Positions 36,949-46,900 of a DNA stretch of 64,000 nt are shown here, one piece after another. The notes below the pieces were generated by a model. The model had not been told where the DNA came from and did no database searches. It worked only from the letters and a program-made list of their open reading frames with translations. The translations under genes and the position numbers were made by a program. The DNA is from Escherichia phage vB_EcoM_G2248. Numbering within the stretch: the stretch's first letter is position 1; each line of letters opens with the position of its first letter. The DNA lies in the sequence record MK327932.1; one strand, written 5' to 3'.

Positions 36949-38169
36949 TTATACTGCCATTTGAGCGGTGATTGCTGGATGGCTTTGATAGTTGTGAATT
37001 TTAAAGTCTTTCGGAGTCTTTGTCAATACCTCATCTAAAGATTTAAATTCCGGCAACTCAATTGTTGGTTTATCAAACGGAACACGGCTTAACTGTTCCA
37101 TAACTTGATCAAAATGGTTTTTGTAAATGTGAGTATCTCCACCAGAGAAAATCAGTTCTCCTACCTCAAGATCACACATTTTCGCTATGATGTGAGTTAA
37201 CAGCGCATAGCTGGCGACGTTAAAGGGCAAGCCCAAAAAGCTGTCTACGCTTCGCTGAAACCACATACAAGACAGTTTACCTTCATTGACGTAGAATTGC
37301 ACGAAAGGATGACATACACCTAATACAGCATTATGTGTTCCTTGTACGTTCCATGAGTCAATAATGATCCGGCGATCCGTTGGATTGTTTTTAATTTGTT
37401 CAATCACGTTTTGTAACTGGTCTTCCCAAATCTTCTGGCGATAGACATATTCTTCATCGTCTTTAGGGCTTGATGTGTCTACGTCCATACTAACAAAGAT
37501 CGTGGTATCCGGTGCTAAAATGTCACCGCCCAGATATTCATTATCAAGCAGATAACCGAAATAACCATCATCTACCCATTCCTGGAATCCCCACAAGCAA
37601 TATGCATCATTAACAAAATTAGATTGAGTCTTCCAGTGGTCTGCTACCAGAATATAATCAAACTCTTCATAACGCATACCACGCCAGATAGCACATAAAC
37701 GGTCTTCTGTGTCGTTGGTTGGTGTAAAGTCTTCTACCCACGGGTGCTTAAATGTATGTGTATATTTGCTCTTAACGCGCTTAATTTTGATTTCACCATG
37801 TGGATGAATCGGTTTTCGTCGCCACGCCATACCATACATATTGCCGACATTATAACCATTGAATCGCAAGGGATTCTTTTCTTTCATATCAAGACAGTTG
37901 CCGCGCCAAATATCAAAGGCTTCCTCGTCAAACTTGCCGCGTGTAATTTCCTGTAAGCGACGGCGGTCAAGTGATCCCTCCATAAACCATAGCAATTCGC
38001 CAATTACAGAGGCTGTAGCCATCTTTTTAGTGGTCAGTAATGGGAAACCCTTGCTTAAATCAATTCGCATCTCTGCGCCGAATTTAGAGAGCGTACCTAC
38101 CCCCGTGCGGTCTTCACGAGGACAGCCATTATCAAGAACATCACGCAATAGTTTCAAATATTCTTTCAT
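36949..38169 (-). CDS. td: thymidylate synthase with a ~125-aa in-frame insertion
   Basis: Conserved TS blocks (DRTGVGT, catalytic-Cys region GVCHPFVQFY, RSVDSFLGLPFN) interrupted between WRRKP and DRRIIIDSWN. Confidence 0.85.
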   Translation of the reverse strand: MKEYLKLLRDVLDNGCPREDRTGVGTLSKFGAEMRIDLSKGFPLLTTKKMATASVIGELLWFMEGSLDRRRLQEITRGKFDEEAFDIWRGNCLDMKEKNPLRFNGYNVGNMYGMAWRRKPIHPHGEIKIKRVKSKYTHTFKHPWVEDFTPTNDTEDRLCAIWRGMRYEEFDYILVADHWKTQSNFVNDAYCLWGFQEWVDDGYFGYLLDNEYLGGDILAPDTTIFVSMDVDTSSPKDDEEYVYRQKIWEDQLQNVIEQIKNNPTDRRIIIDSWNVQGTHNAVLGVCHPFVQFYVNEGKLSCMWFQRSVDSFLGLPFNVASYALLTHIIAKMCDLEVGELIFSGGDTHIYKNHFDQVMEQLSRVPFDKPTIELPEFKSLDEVLTKTPKDFKIHNYQSHPAITAQMAV

Positions 38170-38410
38170 CCCACATCACCTTTTTCTTATTGATTGCTTT
38201 CTTACGCAGTTTTGCTACTGTATCGTCAATGTCTATAAAGATAACACCACGGTCGAATATAGTAGCAGGTCTTGATATATCGCTATTTTCTTGCACAGGA
38301 AGCCATGATGCGCTCGCTTCATCATAGAGATATTGTAAACCGTAATAATCTACGGCTACTGCGTAGTTTTCACTGGTAGCTGACCATAATTGAATAATAC
38401 CGACTTTCAT
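38141..38410 (-). CDS. hypothetical protein (start uncertain)
   Basis: ORF between frd and td; overlaps td start by 29 nt. Confidence 0.35.
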   Translation of the reverse strand: MKVGIIQLWSATSENYAVAVDYYGLQYLYDEASASWLPVQENSDISRPATIFDRGVIFIDIDDTVAKLRKKAINKKKVMWDERIFETIA

Positions 38411-38503
38411 TATTGTTCCCGTCCGCAATGTAAACACCGACTACCAGCAAACATCAAAGATTCACCACAATGTTTGCACTCATAATCTGTCAGAATTTTC
38501 ATG

Positions 38504-39073
38504 TTACGCCTTCTTACGTTCTAAAATTTTTTCGCTGATCAGGTAATCATCAAGGAAGTAATTATGTTCTTCTTTTGTTGCAAAATCAAAATATAATTCC
38601 TGAATCATTTCCTTAGAGATACCAACATCATATTCAAATGGATCGTTGATTCCTGAGCGTTGAACATACGTTAACACAATACGATCCGCAAAGTCAACCG
38701 CTTTTTCAATCAGGGAAGGTCCGCCGATAACACTTACCAAACCTTGCATTTTCTCCATGACTTTTAACAGATCCTTCAATTCAATTCCAGTATATACATC
38801 TGGTTGGTCTCCATTTTTTGTTTTCGGTTCTGGCTTGCTGGCATCGGTACTAATAACCACATTCACACGACCTTCCAGTGCTTTAGGGAGACTTTCAAAG
38901 GTATTGCGACCCATCACAACCGCAGCAAGATCAACATCTCCCATAGTGCGCATTTTAAAGTTTTCCATGTCCTTTTTGATTGGACGTCCCCACGGTAAAC
39001 CGCCTTTAAAACCAAAAGCCCAATTTTCATCTGACATTTTAGTGTTACCAATCGCAAATACACATTGAATCAT
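38504..39073 (-). CDS. frd: dihydrofolate reductase
   Basis: 189 aa; GGLPW and glycine-rich NADPH-binding region. Confidence 0.8.
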   Translation of the reverse strand: MIQCVFAIGNTKMSDENWAFGFKGGLPWGRPIKKDMENFKMRTMGDVDLAAVVMGRNTFESLPKALEGRVNVVISTDASKPEPKTKNGDQPDVYTGIELKDLLKVMEKMQGLVSVIGGPSLIEKAVDFADRIVLTYVQRSGINDPFEYDVGISKEMIQELYFDFATKEEHNYFLDDYLISEKILERKKA

Positions 39074-39087
39074 AATATAATCTCCTG

Positions 39088-39417
39088 TCAGATCAGTTTA
39101 AAGAAGTTTTCGTTTACATTTTCTTCGGTGATTGCTGTCTTAAATTCTTGACCGTTATCCGGTGTGATGAAATAACGGTCAGAATAATCACGAAAACGTT
39201 TTAAGTGAGATACCCCAACATTAACACCATTTTCCCAGAAACGAAAGGTAATCATTTTTGGTTCATATCGATAGTCGCTGGTTAACACAGTACCATCACC
39301 GCGACGGGCTTCATAAACCGTAATACATTCACGATTAGCGGCTTTAATACATTCTTCAATAGTGCCACATGAGATAATACTTACTGTTTCATCTACGATT
39401 TGTTCTACAGTCCACAT
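39088..39417 (-). CDS. hypothetical protein
   Basis: 109 aa. Confidence 0.45.
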   Translation of the reverse strand: MWTVEQIVDETVSIISCGTIEECIKAANRECITVYEARRGDGTVLTSDYRYEPKMITFRFWENGVNVGVSHLKRFRDYSDRYFITPDNGQEFKTAITEENVNENFFKLI

Positions 39418-39470
39418 AATATAATCCTCTTTGTTTCGATGTTTGTATTATACATCATCTGTGTTTGACG

Positions 39471-39800
39471 TCAACCTTTTTGTTCCATGAAAAGCGGTGC
39501 TGTTTCTTCTTTCAGTTTAATAACTAGCGCGGAAACTTCATCAAGAAAATCTTTTTCCATATGAGCAAGCATTGATTTAGAATCTTTGATGACTTTCAAA
39601 GAATATTCACTTAGATTTCCTTTTCCTAACAATAATGCGGGATACACACTATGTGGGATCTCGATTTCGTGATATTCGCTCATAGTATAATATTTGTGAA
39701 TTTTTAAATCTATATTTCTTCGTTGTACGTCTACATCAGCAATGACATACAGAAGTTCGATTTTATCACTTTTCTGGGAAAGGGTAGCATTCAAAAACAT
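39471..39800 (-). CDS. hypothetical protein
   Basis: 109 aa, own promoter cassette. Confidence 0.45.
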   Translation of the reverse strand: MFLNATLSQKSDKIELLYVIADVDVQRRNIDLKIHKYYTMSEYHEIEIPHSVYPALLLGKGNLSEYSLKVIKDSKSMLAHMEKDFLDEVSALVIKLKEETAPLFMEQKG

Positions 39801-39919
39801 TGTTAATCCTCCGTTGTTTCGATGAGTTCATTATACATTACCTCGCCAACATGTCAACACCTTTTTCATAAATTTTTAGGCAATAAAAAAGCCTCCCCGA
39901 AGGGAGGCTGTAAAATTCA

Positions 39920-40867
39920 TTACATCGCTAACAGAGAGTCCAGGTCATCCAGATCAGAAGCGGAGGAAGTACCGCCACCCAAGTCCAGAGATGCCATCAG
40001 GTCATCAGCGGAAGAATCGGACGCTGTGCTAGTTGCGGTAGTACCAGCGTCGAATGCATTCATCTGTGCATCAAAATCATCAAGCTGGCTGTTAATCGCT
40101 GCCGCAGCACCAGAAGCCGAAGCACCAGCTACCAGGCTTACACCTTTAACTTTCTTAAATTTAGCATCCAGTTCCTCGAAAGATTTAAACTGGTCTTTTG
40201 CTACGATAACATCAATATCTACCATGTTTTCGAACAGATATTTCTGGAATGCTTCATCTTCGATGTTCGGAATCGCTGATTGCTGCATGAAACGTGAATC
40301 ATCGTAGTTCAGGAATTTATCTACTTTCTTAGCTTTCAGAAGGAAGTTAGCGCCTTCGAACGGACATACGATGTTTACAGGTTTTTCGCCCAATTCCGTG
40401 TTTACGTTGCTCATTGCCAGAATCTTGTCATAAATTTTCTTACCGAAGCGGAATTTAAATACTTTACCTTCGTTTTCCGGCGCTTTCGGATCTTTCATTA
40501 CCAGAATGTTTGCGAAGTAAGAAGATTTACGCTTAACATCTTGATATTCTTTATTGTTGGTGTTGTACAGGTCATTTTCGCTAATGTATTTGCACACAGG
40601 GCAAGAATCAAAATCGCCGTGGGTGCTAGGGCAGTTTTCCCAATAATACTTACCATTTACTTTGAAAGAATGGTTTACAAGGTTGATGATCGGTAAACCG
40701 TCTTCGGTGCGTGCTGGAAGAAAACGAATCACCGCTTCACCGTTACCCGCCGCGTCAGTTTTAATCTTCCACTCTTTCGGATCTTCTTTGGAGAAGCCGT
40801 TGCTACCTTTCAGTGCTGCCAGTTGAGCTTGCAGTTTGGAAGAATCTTGACGACGAAAAATGTTCAT
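39920..40867 (-). CDS. 32: single-stranded DNA-binding protein gp32
   Basis: Zinc site [26 protein letters not shown] and acidic C-tail as in T4 gp32; start moved to MNIFRR. Confidence 0.9.
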   Translation of the reverse strand: MNIFRRQDSSKLQAQLAALKGSNGFSKEDPKEWKIKTDAAGNGEAVIRFLPARTEDGLPIINLVNHSFKVNGKYYWENCPSTHGDFDSCPVCKYISENDLYNTNNKEYQDVKRKSSYFANILVMKDPKAPENEGKVFKFRFGKKIYDKILAMSNVNTELGEKPVNIVCPFEGANFLLKAKKVDKFLNYDDSRFMQQSAIPNIEDEAFQKYLFENMVDIDVIVAKDQFKSFEELDAKFKKVKGVSLVAGASASGAAAAINSQLDDFDAQMNAFDAGTTATSTASDSSADDLMASLDLGGGTSSASDLDDLDSLLAM

Positions 40868-40933
40868 AATTATACCTCTTTTATACATTAACTATTAATT
40901 TGCTAGATTATTATACAGATTTAAATTTACTTG

Positions 40934-41614
40934 TCAACTATTTGTTTCGGCTTTTAATTGAGATATTTCTTTACACTCTTTAACTACTTTAACAAATAAT
41001 GCTCTTGCTTTTGCGGCGTCAATAACAAGTAGTTTCTTGTACGCCTTCATTTTAACACTATAAGTTTGCCAAATCAAGTCTTTGGCTACCTTGTCGTGTT
41101 CGTCGATTATATTTAGAAAGCTATCTAACAACATAAACGACTCAAACGATATAATCCGATTTTGCAGTAGTTTAAAGATACCGCTAGTTTCGGTTGCGGG
41201 ATTGTATGTAATTAGCTCTTTAAGAGTAACCCCGCGTTTCTCGGAGAAGTATACCAGACTTTTAATGTCATCGTCAAATCTTGTTGCTGCATCGGTTATC
41301 TTTCCTATGTATTCCATATAAAAGCCGTATGCGTCAACATCAGTGATTTCACCTACCCATGCATCGGTATTAGCTACCAGATTGCTTAGGAATAGGAAGT
41401 ATAATTCTCTTAGATTGTACTTATCCGCTAATTTCGCGAAATAATACTTATCTCTGCGTTTATTGAATGCGGCATCAGATAACCGCATCCTCCAATTATA
41501 TTTTACGCAATCATAACGCCCGTTCATATGAGCTTTCATCATGCAATATAACATATACACAGATTTAGCATTAATTCGCATATCTGGATCTGGAGGAAGA
41601 CGGTTTCTGATCAT
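40934..41614 (-). CDS. 59: helicase loader gp59
   Basis: 226 aa; KSVYMLYCM, HMNGRYD, KYNW, LSNLVAN segments matching T4 gp59. Confidence 0.85.
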   Translation of the reverse strand: MIRNRLPPDPDMRINAKSVYMLYCMMKAHMNGRYDCVKYNWRMRLSDAAFNKRRDKYYFAKLADKYNLRELYFLFLSNLVANTDAWVGEITDVDAYGFYMEYIGKITDAATRFDDDIKSLVYFSEKRGVTLKELITYNPATETSGIFKLLQNRIISFESFMLLDSFLNIIDEHDKVAKDLIWQTYSVKMKAYKKLLVIDAAKARALFVKVVKECKEISQLKAETNS

Positions 41615-41623
41615 ACATACCCC

Positions 41624-41893
41624 TTAAATATCGAGAGTGTTGGTCGGTTCGTCGATCACTCCCTTCCTGAGCGTTCTATTTACTATACATTCTTGTGTGA
41701 TCTTGTCAATAATGGACACCGGAATATACTTCTGATAGTGACCATATTCTATAGAGTTTTCCTCTACAAACTGCGTTGTCGCTTCAAGATAAGTCAATCC
41801 CTCTTCAACAACCAGTTTTTCGATTGCAAGACCGTTTGCTGTTTTATTCGCGGCTTTTACCGCATGTTCATTAAGCATTGAACACCCGATCAT
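41624..41893 (-). CDS. 33: late transcription accessory protein gp33-like
   Basis: 89 aa; assignment mainly by synteny (59-33-dsbA). Confidence 0.5.
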   Translation of the reverse strand: MIGCSMLNEHAVKAANKTANGLAIEKLVVEEGLTYLEATTQFVEENSIEYGHYQKYIPVSIIDKITQECIVNRTLRKGVIDEPTNTLDI

Positions 41894-42146
41894 AGAGTTC
41901 TACCGCTTCGTCGCGTTCTGCTTCGAAGGTTTCGCGCTGTTGTTGGTGATACAGTTTAAACAGAATGCCCCACATTTTACCATCTACGCCTAATTCTTCT
42001 TTAGCACGCTGTTTGATCTCTTTGATCTTATCGCCATATGCTTCTTGAATTGTTTTCTGATCGCTGGCTTCTTTAATCAGTTGTGCCAGGGTATTTCCGT
42101 GTACTGCTTCGTCAAATACTACTTTTTCTTTTTTCTGTTCAGTCAT
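41871..42146 (-). CDS. dsbA: DsbA-like double-stranded DNA-binding protein
   Basis: 91-aa basic/acidic helical protein; synteny. Confidence 0.5.
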   Translation of the reverse strand: MTEQKKEKVVFDEAVHGNTLAQLIKEASDQKTIQEAYGDKIKEIKQRAKEELGVDGKMWGILFKLYHQQQRETFEAERDEAVELYDRVFNA

Positions 42147-42150
42147 AATA

Positions 42151-42750
42151 TTAACCCTCTTTCGTCATTAATTGAAAACCACGTTCAGCTTTTGAGATTT
42201 CGCTAGGACTTAAATCATCGCCGACATATTCTAGCATCATTTCTCGGATAATGTCAAGTGCTTTTTCATCACCTGATTTTAACTCGAACTCAAGTTCATA
42301 ATGAGCAGTGTCGCCCATTCCTTCGCCTACTTTGCCATAATAGAAAGTGTCTTTGCACATTTCCACTATACCGCAACCCATATCTAGAGTCAATGACTTG
42401 CGATATGTCATTACTTGCATTATTGTAGTGATATAGTCGGAGTTTACCCCTAGACTATCAATAAAATGGACGAACTCATCCCAATTTGAAAATGTCATTT
42501 CCTCGCGGTTGAATATTCCAGATTCATTATCACCCATTTTGACCATGATCTCTGATTTTCTACAGTCAAGTCGTGCATAAATTCCTTTTTGACGTAGTGC
42601 ATGGTCTTCGGTGTCATAATAAAAATCGTGTTTTAATATGTTATCACGGTCTACGAGATTGTACCCGTCATACATTGCCACCCACAAATCACAGATTGTT
42701 TCTACACCATCCTGTGAATGGGCATAGTATTTTAATTCAAGTTCTTTCAT
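42151..42750 (-). CDS. CYTH-domain (triphosphate tunnel metalloenzyme / CyaB-like) protein
   Basis: N-terminal ExExK (KELELK) and C-terminal acidic YELEFELK motifs; ~200 aa. Confidence 0.5.
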   Translation of the reverse strand: MKELELKYYAHSQDGVETICDLWVAMYDGYNLVDRDNILKHDFYYDTEDHALRQKGIYARLDCRKSEIMVKMGDNESGIFNREEMTFSNWDEFVHFIDSLGVNSDYITTIMQVMTYRKSLTLDMGCGIVEMCKDTFYYGKVGEGMGDTAHYELEFELKSGDEKALDIIREMMLEYVGDDLSPSEISKAERGFQLMTKEG

Positions 42751-42760
42751 ATGTCAACCC

Positions 42761-43708
42761 TTAGAACTCACCAATTTTCTGCAACATTTTAACTAACGCA
42801 TTTGTTACAAAATAGTTATAAATTTTACCGCGTGGTGCTGGTTTAGACTTTTCCCATGACTCCAGAATCTGAGTCTGAATATCATCTGGGATGTAATCGA
42901 AATCAATAAGTTCGCGGTTTTCGTCAAAGCGTCGTGATTCTTCCTCTGTCATCAAAGACTTTGGATCTTCGGCATCGAAAATTTGCTCTAACCATTTGGT
43001 CGCAACTGGTTTAGCTCGCTCCCCTTCCAGTCGAGAGATAATAAAATCACTACGACATTTGACAGAGGCTACACCGTCTTTTGCGTCACCCTTAACACAT
43101 TTTACCATAAGGTCTTTGTAAGGGCTACCATATTTGCATTTCTTCCATGCTTTCTGTACTGGCGCCCACTGTTTCACGTTTTTGTATTTGTGCAACTGTG
43201 TGTAGTCACCATCGCCGGAGTTGATCAGTACCTGGCGACCTTCTACAGAAAACTTTTTAGTTAATACAGCGATTATATCATCTGCTTCAACTTTGTCAAC
43301 CTTAATAACGTGATAAGGCATGTTCTCTTTAAACTCTTCGGTGATCTTATTGATCGCAGCAAAGATCATCTCCCAATCACGCGGATCTGCGTCTCGTTTT
43401 TCCTTACGGTTGCGTTTATAGTAAGGGGCGATATCACGTCGCCAGTAACCTTTGCTTGAATCAAAAGCAAGTACCGTAATAGGGTATTGCTCTTTGAATT
43501 TTGTCATATTATAACGCATGGTGTCAAGAATAAGATGACGGATCATACCTTCACTAATAAGGTCTTCCGGTTTAAAGGTATGCGAGATAGTAGCAATCAT
43601 AAGCTGAGACATATCAATCAAATGCACACCTTCCGGCAGTTTATCTTCTGGATCATCGAAGAAATCATTAAGTGTAGCGGTAGTTTTTGTAAACGGGTTA
43701 TACGTCAT
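42761..43708 (-). CDS. rnh: RNase H (FEN-1 family 5'-3' exonuclease)
   Basis: YWRRD, PYYKxNR, EADDIIAVL, SGDGDYTQLHKY, VKQW, C-terminal PRGKIY as in T4 RNase H. Confidence 0.9.
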   Translation of the reverse strand: MTYNPFTKTTATLNDFFDDPEDKLPEGVHLIDMSQLMIATISHTFKPEDLISEGMIRHLILDTMRYNMTKFKEQYPITVLAFDSSKGYWRRDIAPYYKRNRKEKRDADPRDWEMIFAAINKITEEFKENMPYHVIKVDKVEADDIIAVLTKKFSVEGRQVLINSGDGDYTQLHKYKNVKQWAPVQKAWKKCKYGSPYKDLMVKCVKGDAKDGVASVKCRSDFIISRLEGERAKPVATKWLEQIFDAEDPKSLMTEEESRRFDENRELIDFDYIPDDIQTQILESWEKSKPAPRGKIYNYFVTNALVKMLQKIGEF

Positions 43709-43710
43709 AA

Positions 43711-43896
43711 TTAAGTTCTCTCCACTCTCACAACAACAGTCTCATCAAACGAGTTAGATACTTCACGATCATACCCGTATTTCTCCATAACACGCAGAAT
43801 TGCATTGTTTAGTTCTGCGCGAAAATAATTGTAATCCTTATCAGGGATTCTGTCAACTACCCATTTTGCACCGTCTGACAAATCAACTTTAACCAT
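43711..43896 (-). CDS. hypothetical protein
   Basis: 61 aa, coupled to rnh. Confidence 0.4.
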   Translation of the reverse strand: MVKVDLSDGAKWVVDRIPDKDYNYFRAELNNAILRVMEKYGYDREVSNSFDETVVVRVERT

Positions 43897-43934
43897 AATA
43901 TATCATCCTCTTTTGTTTCTATCAAGCCTCATTT

Positions 43935-43942
43935 TATAAATA
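43935..43942 (+). promoter_or_regulatory. T4-type late promoter TATAAATA upstream of gene 34
   Basis: Exact octamer 29 nt upstream of ATG 43971. Confidence 0.55.
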
Positions 43943-43970
43943 TGAACATACTATAAAAGGAGACCCAATA

Positions 43971-46900
43971 ATGGCAGATTTTTCTCAACATTTCAAGGCC
44001 ACATTTGGCTTTGATGCTGGTAATGAAAAGGTCGTCAATGTAGCATTGGCTGATAAGAATGTCAACACCGATGCGGTCAACGTTGAATTTTTCAATTACC
44101 ATAATGGTATTACTCAGTATGACACAACTCGCGGTTATGATCAATACGGAACTACAATCCATCAAAACCGTCCGTATTATGCAAAAGAAGATATCACAAA
44201 GCCAGCAGGTGACTTTGACCCGACTAAATGGCAAGCACTGCGCACGGACCCACGTTGGGATTATGTTGCAGCAACTTCCGGCGATACTCCTTTAAAGTCC
44301 GGTGATTATATCGCAGCGGACTGTCAGTTTGCAAACTTAACATTCTCAATGCCTACTAATCCGGCAGAGGGCGACACTATAACAGTGAAAGATATCGGTG
44401 GCAAGTGCGGTGTTAATGAGTTATCGTTCCTTGCGGCTGGTCATGAGTTCTATCATAACGGTGTGGTAAACAACCGCAAATGGTACTGTACTACCCCTTA
44501 TGCAATGAACTACTTCATTTTTGTTCGCAATCGCTGGCACGTTTACCAGACGGGAACAGAGCCGCGCGGGGTATATGCACAGCCGTCTATTGATCCGATT
44601 CAGATGCAAAACGGTGATCAGGTATTCCGTCGTAGTTCTTTAGGTAACATCGTTTTGATGCTTCCTAAATTTGCTAATAACGGTGATATGATTCAGACTA
44701 CCGACCTTGACGGATTGACTGCAACCAACCATGTTACGGTAAAAGTGCATGAAGGTGCGCAAGAACAATCAATCGGTACTTTCGGGTTAAAAGAAATTGT
44801 TGGTAAGCGTAGCGGTCACGGCGTATTCATCTTTGACAAGCCGGAAAACTTATGGCGTGTGTGGGATGGTGATCAGTCAGTTCGCTTGAATCCAATCATT
44901 GATGATACTCGCTTATCCCCCAATAGCTATGTTGCTGTATTTGGTGATCATGATGTTACTCTGACATTACCGACTAACGTAGAGCCTGGCGATCGTATCC
45001 AAGTTTCTATGCAGTATATGCACGGAAACCAGACCTGCCGAATCATTACCGCCGCAGAAGATACAAAAATTCTTATGCAGAAAAACATGGTTCAGTTTCC
45101 TAAGCGTAGCGAGTACCCATTCAATGGGACCGATACATGGACGGAAGTGTCTGAATTGTCTTTCAACGCTGCAAATGATTATGTACCTTATCTGGAGTTC
45201 TCTTATTCAGAAGGTGATGATGGTAAGAAACACTGGTTGGTGGCACATGCTCACCCGATTGTAGAACGAGTAGATCCGACTCGTAAAGATCGTGTTGGTG
45301 TAATTGCACTGGCTACCCAGGATGAAACAAACAAAAACCATGAAGATAATCCTAGCGACGAAGTTGCGGTGACTCCAAAGGTTCTGGCTAACAAAACAGC
45401 CAACGAGACTCGACGCGGTATTGCTCGCATTGCGACTCAAGCGGAAACGCATCAAGATACTGGTTCCAGCTTCCTGGATGATGTTATCGTTACACCTAAA
45501 AAGTTAAATGACTGTGTTGCTACCGAAGCCCGTCGTGGTGTGATGGAAATTGCAACTCAGCATGAAACCAACGAAGGTTTAGACGATACTCGCGCAATCA
45601 CTCCTAAGAAGTTAGAAGAACGTCGCGCGTCCGAGGATCTTGCTGGTATCGCTGAAATTGTTCAGGTAGGCGGTAATGCTGCCGCTCGAAGGGGTGAAGC
45701 TGGCACGGGGATCTATAACATCAACGACCACGCTAAAATCGTTACTCCGCAAAACATCAACGAAGTTAAAGCTACTGAAACTTCTCGTGGTGTTGGGTAT
45801 CTGGCAACTGACGCGGAAGTGCAAGGGGCTACTGAATCAACCCCGCAAGATGCATTGCTGATCACTACTCGCACGTTAACTAAGCGTATTGCTACCGAAT
45901 CACGTACTGGTATCGCTGAAATTGCAACTCAGGAAGAAACAAACTTAGGTCAAAGTGATAACCATATCATCACGCCTAAAAAGCTACATACTCGCCGTGC
46001 AACTGAAACTTTACACGGTTTAGCAGAAATTGCAACTCAACCGGAGTTTGACGCAGGTCGTGACGATGCTCGCATTTCTACCCCATTGAAGATTAAAACC
46101 TTCTTTGAGAATGCACAGCGTTTGAAAGTAGATCCGACTCAGGGGCTTAACCTTACTGGTGACTTGTGGCAGGGTATCATGATCAGCGGTCTTGATGCAA
46201 CCGAAGATACAAAAGGTGTCGCGAAAGTTGCAACTACTCAGCTTACGGACGCAGGAGAAGATGACGCTACGATCATTACTCCTAAAAAGCTGCAAGGCAA
46301 AAAGGCCACCGAAGGTAAAGAAGGTATTATCCGAGTTGGTACTCAAGCCGAAACCGTCGCTGGTACTATGGACAATGTAGCAATTTCGCCTAAAAACTTC
46401 AAGTATGTTGCGCAGACAGAAGAGTCATGGCAAGCAACGGAAGCCCGTCGCGGATTCCTGAAAGTAGCAACACAAGAAAACTGTTTTGTTGGTGACAATC
46501 TGCAAGGTTCTACTCAAGATCTCGATAACTATCAGCATGATGGGATTGCAGTAACTCCGAAAGGATTAAACTACGCACTTGCTAATTTCTTACCTAAGAT
46601 GGCAACAGCCCAGAATAGTTTGAAATTGGGTAACGTAGAGGCCGCTAAATGGGCGCGTAGAGACATTGATCAGACCATCGAGAGCAATTACACGTTTAAT
46701 AAAAACGTCAACGTGAAGGGCGATTTAGAGTGCTTAAAATCAGGTTCCTTTGAAACTCTGTATGTGACTAAAAACTCTACTGACGATCCAAGTAATGGTC
46801 ATCTGGTATTGGGTGAGCGTGGAGTTGATGGTCACACCGGAATTACATTGCATGGTACTACCCTGTCAGAAGGTATGGAAAACTCATGGTCTATTATCGT

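Noticed and set aside
36949-38169. Group I intron in td (as in T4)
   Set aside because: The td reading frame is continuous across the whole gene; the extra length is an in-frame protein insertion, and no intron-like structured non-coding segment interrupts the ORF.
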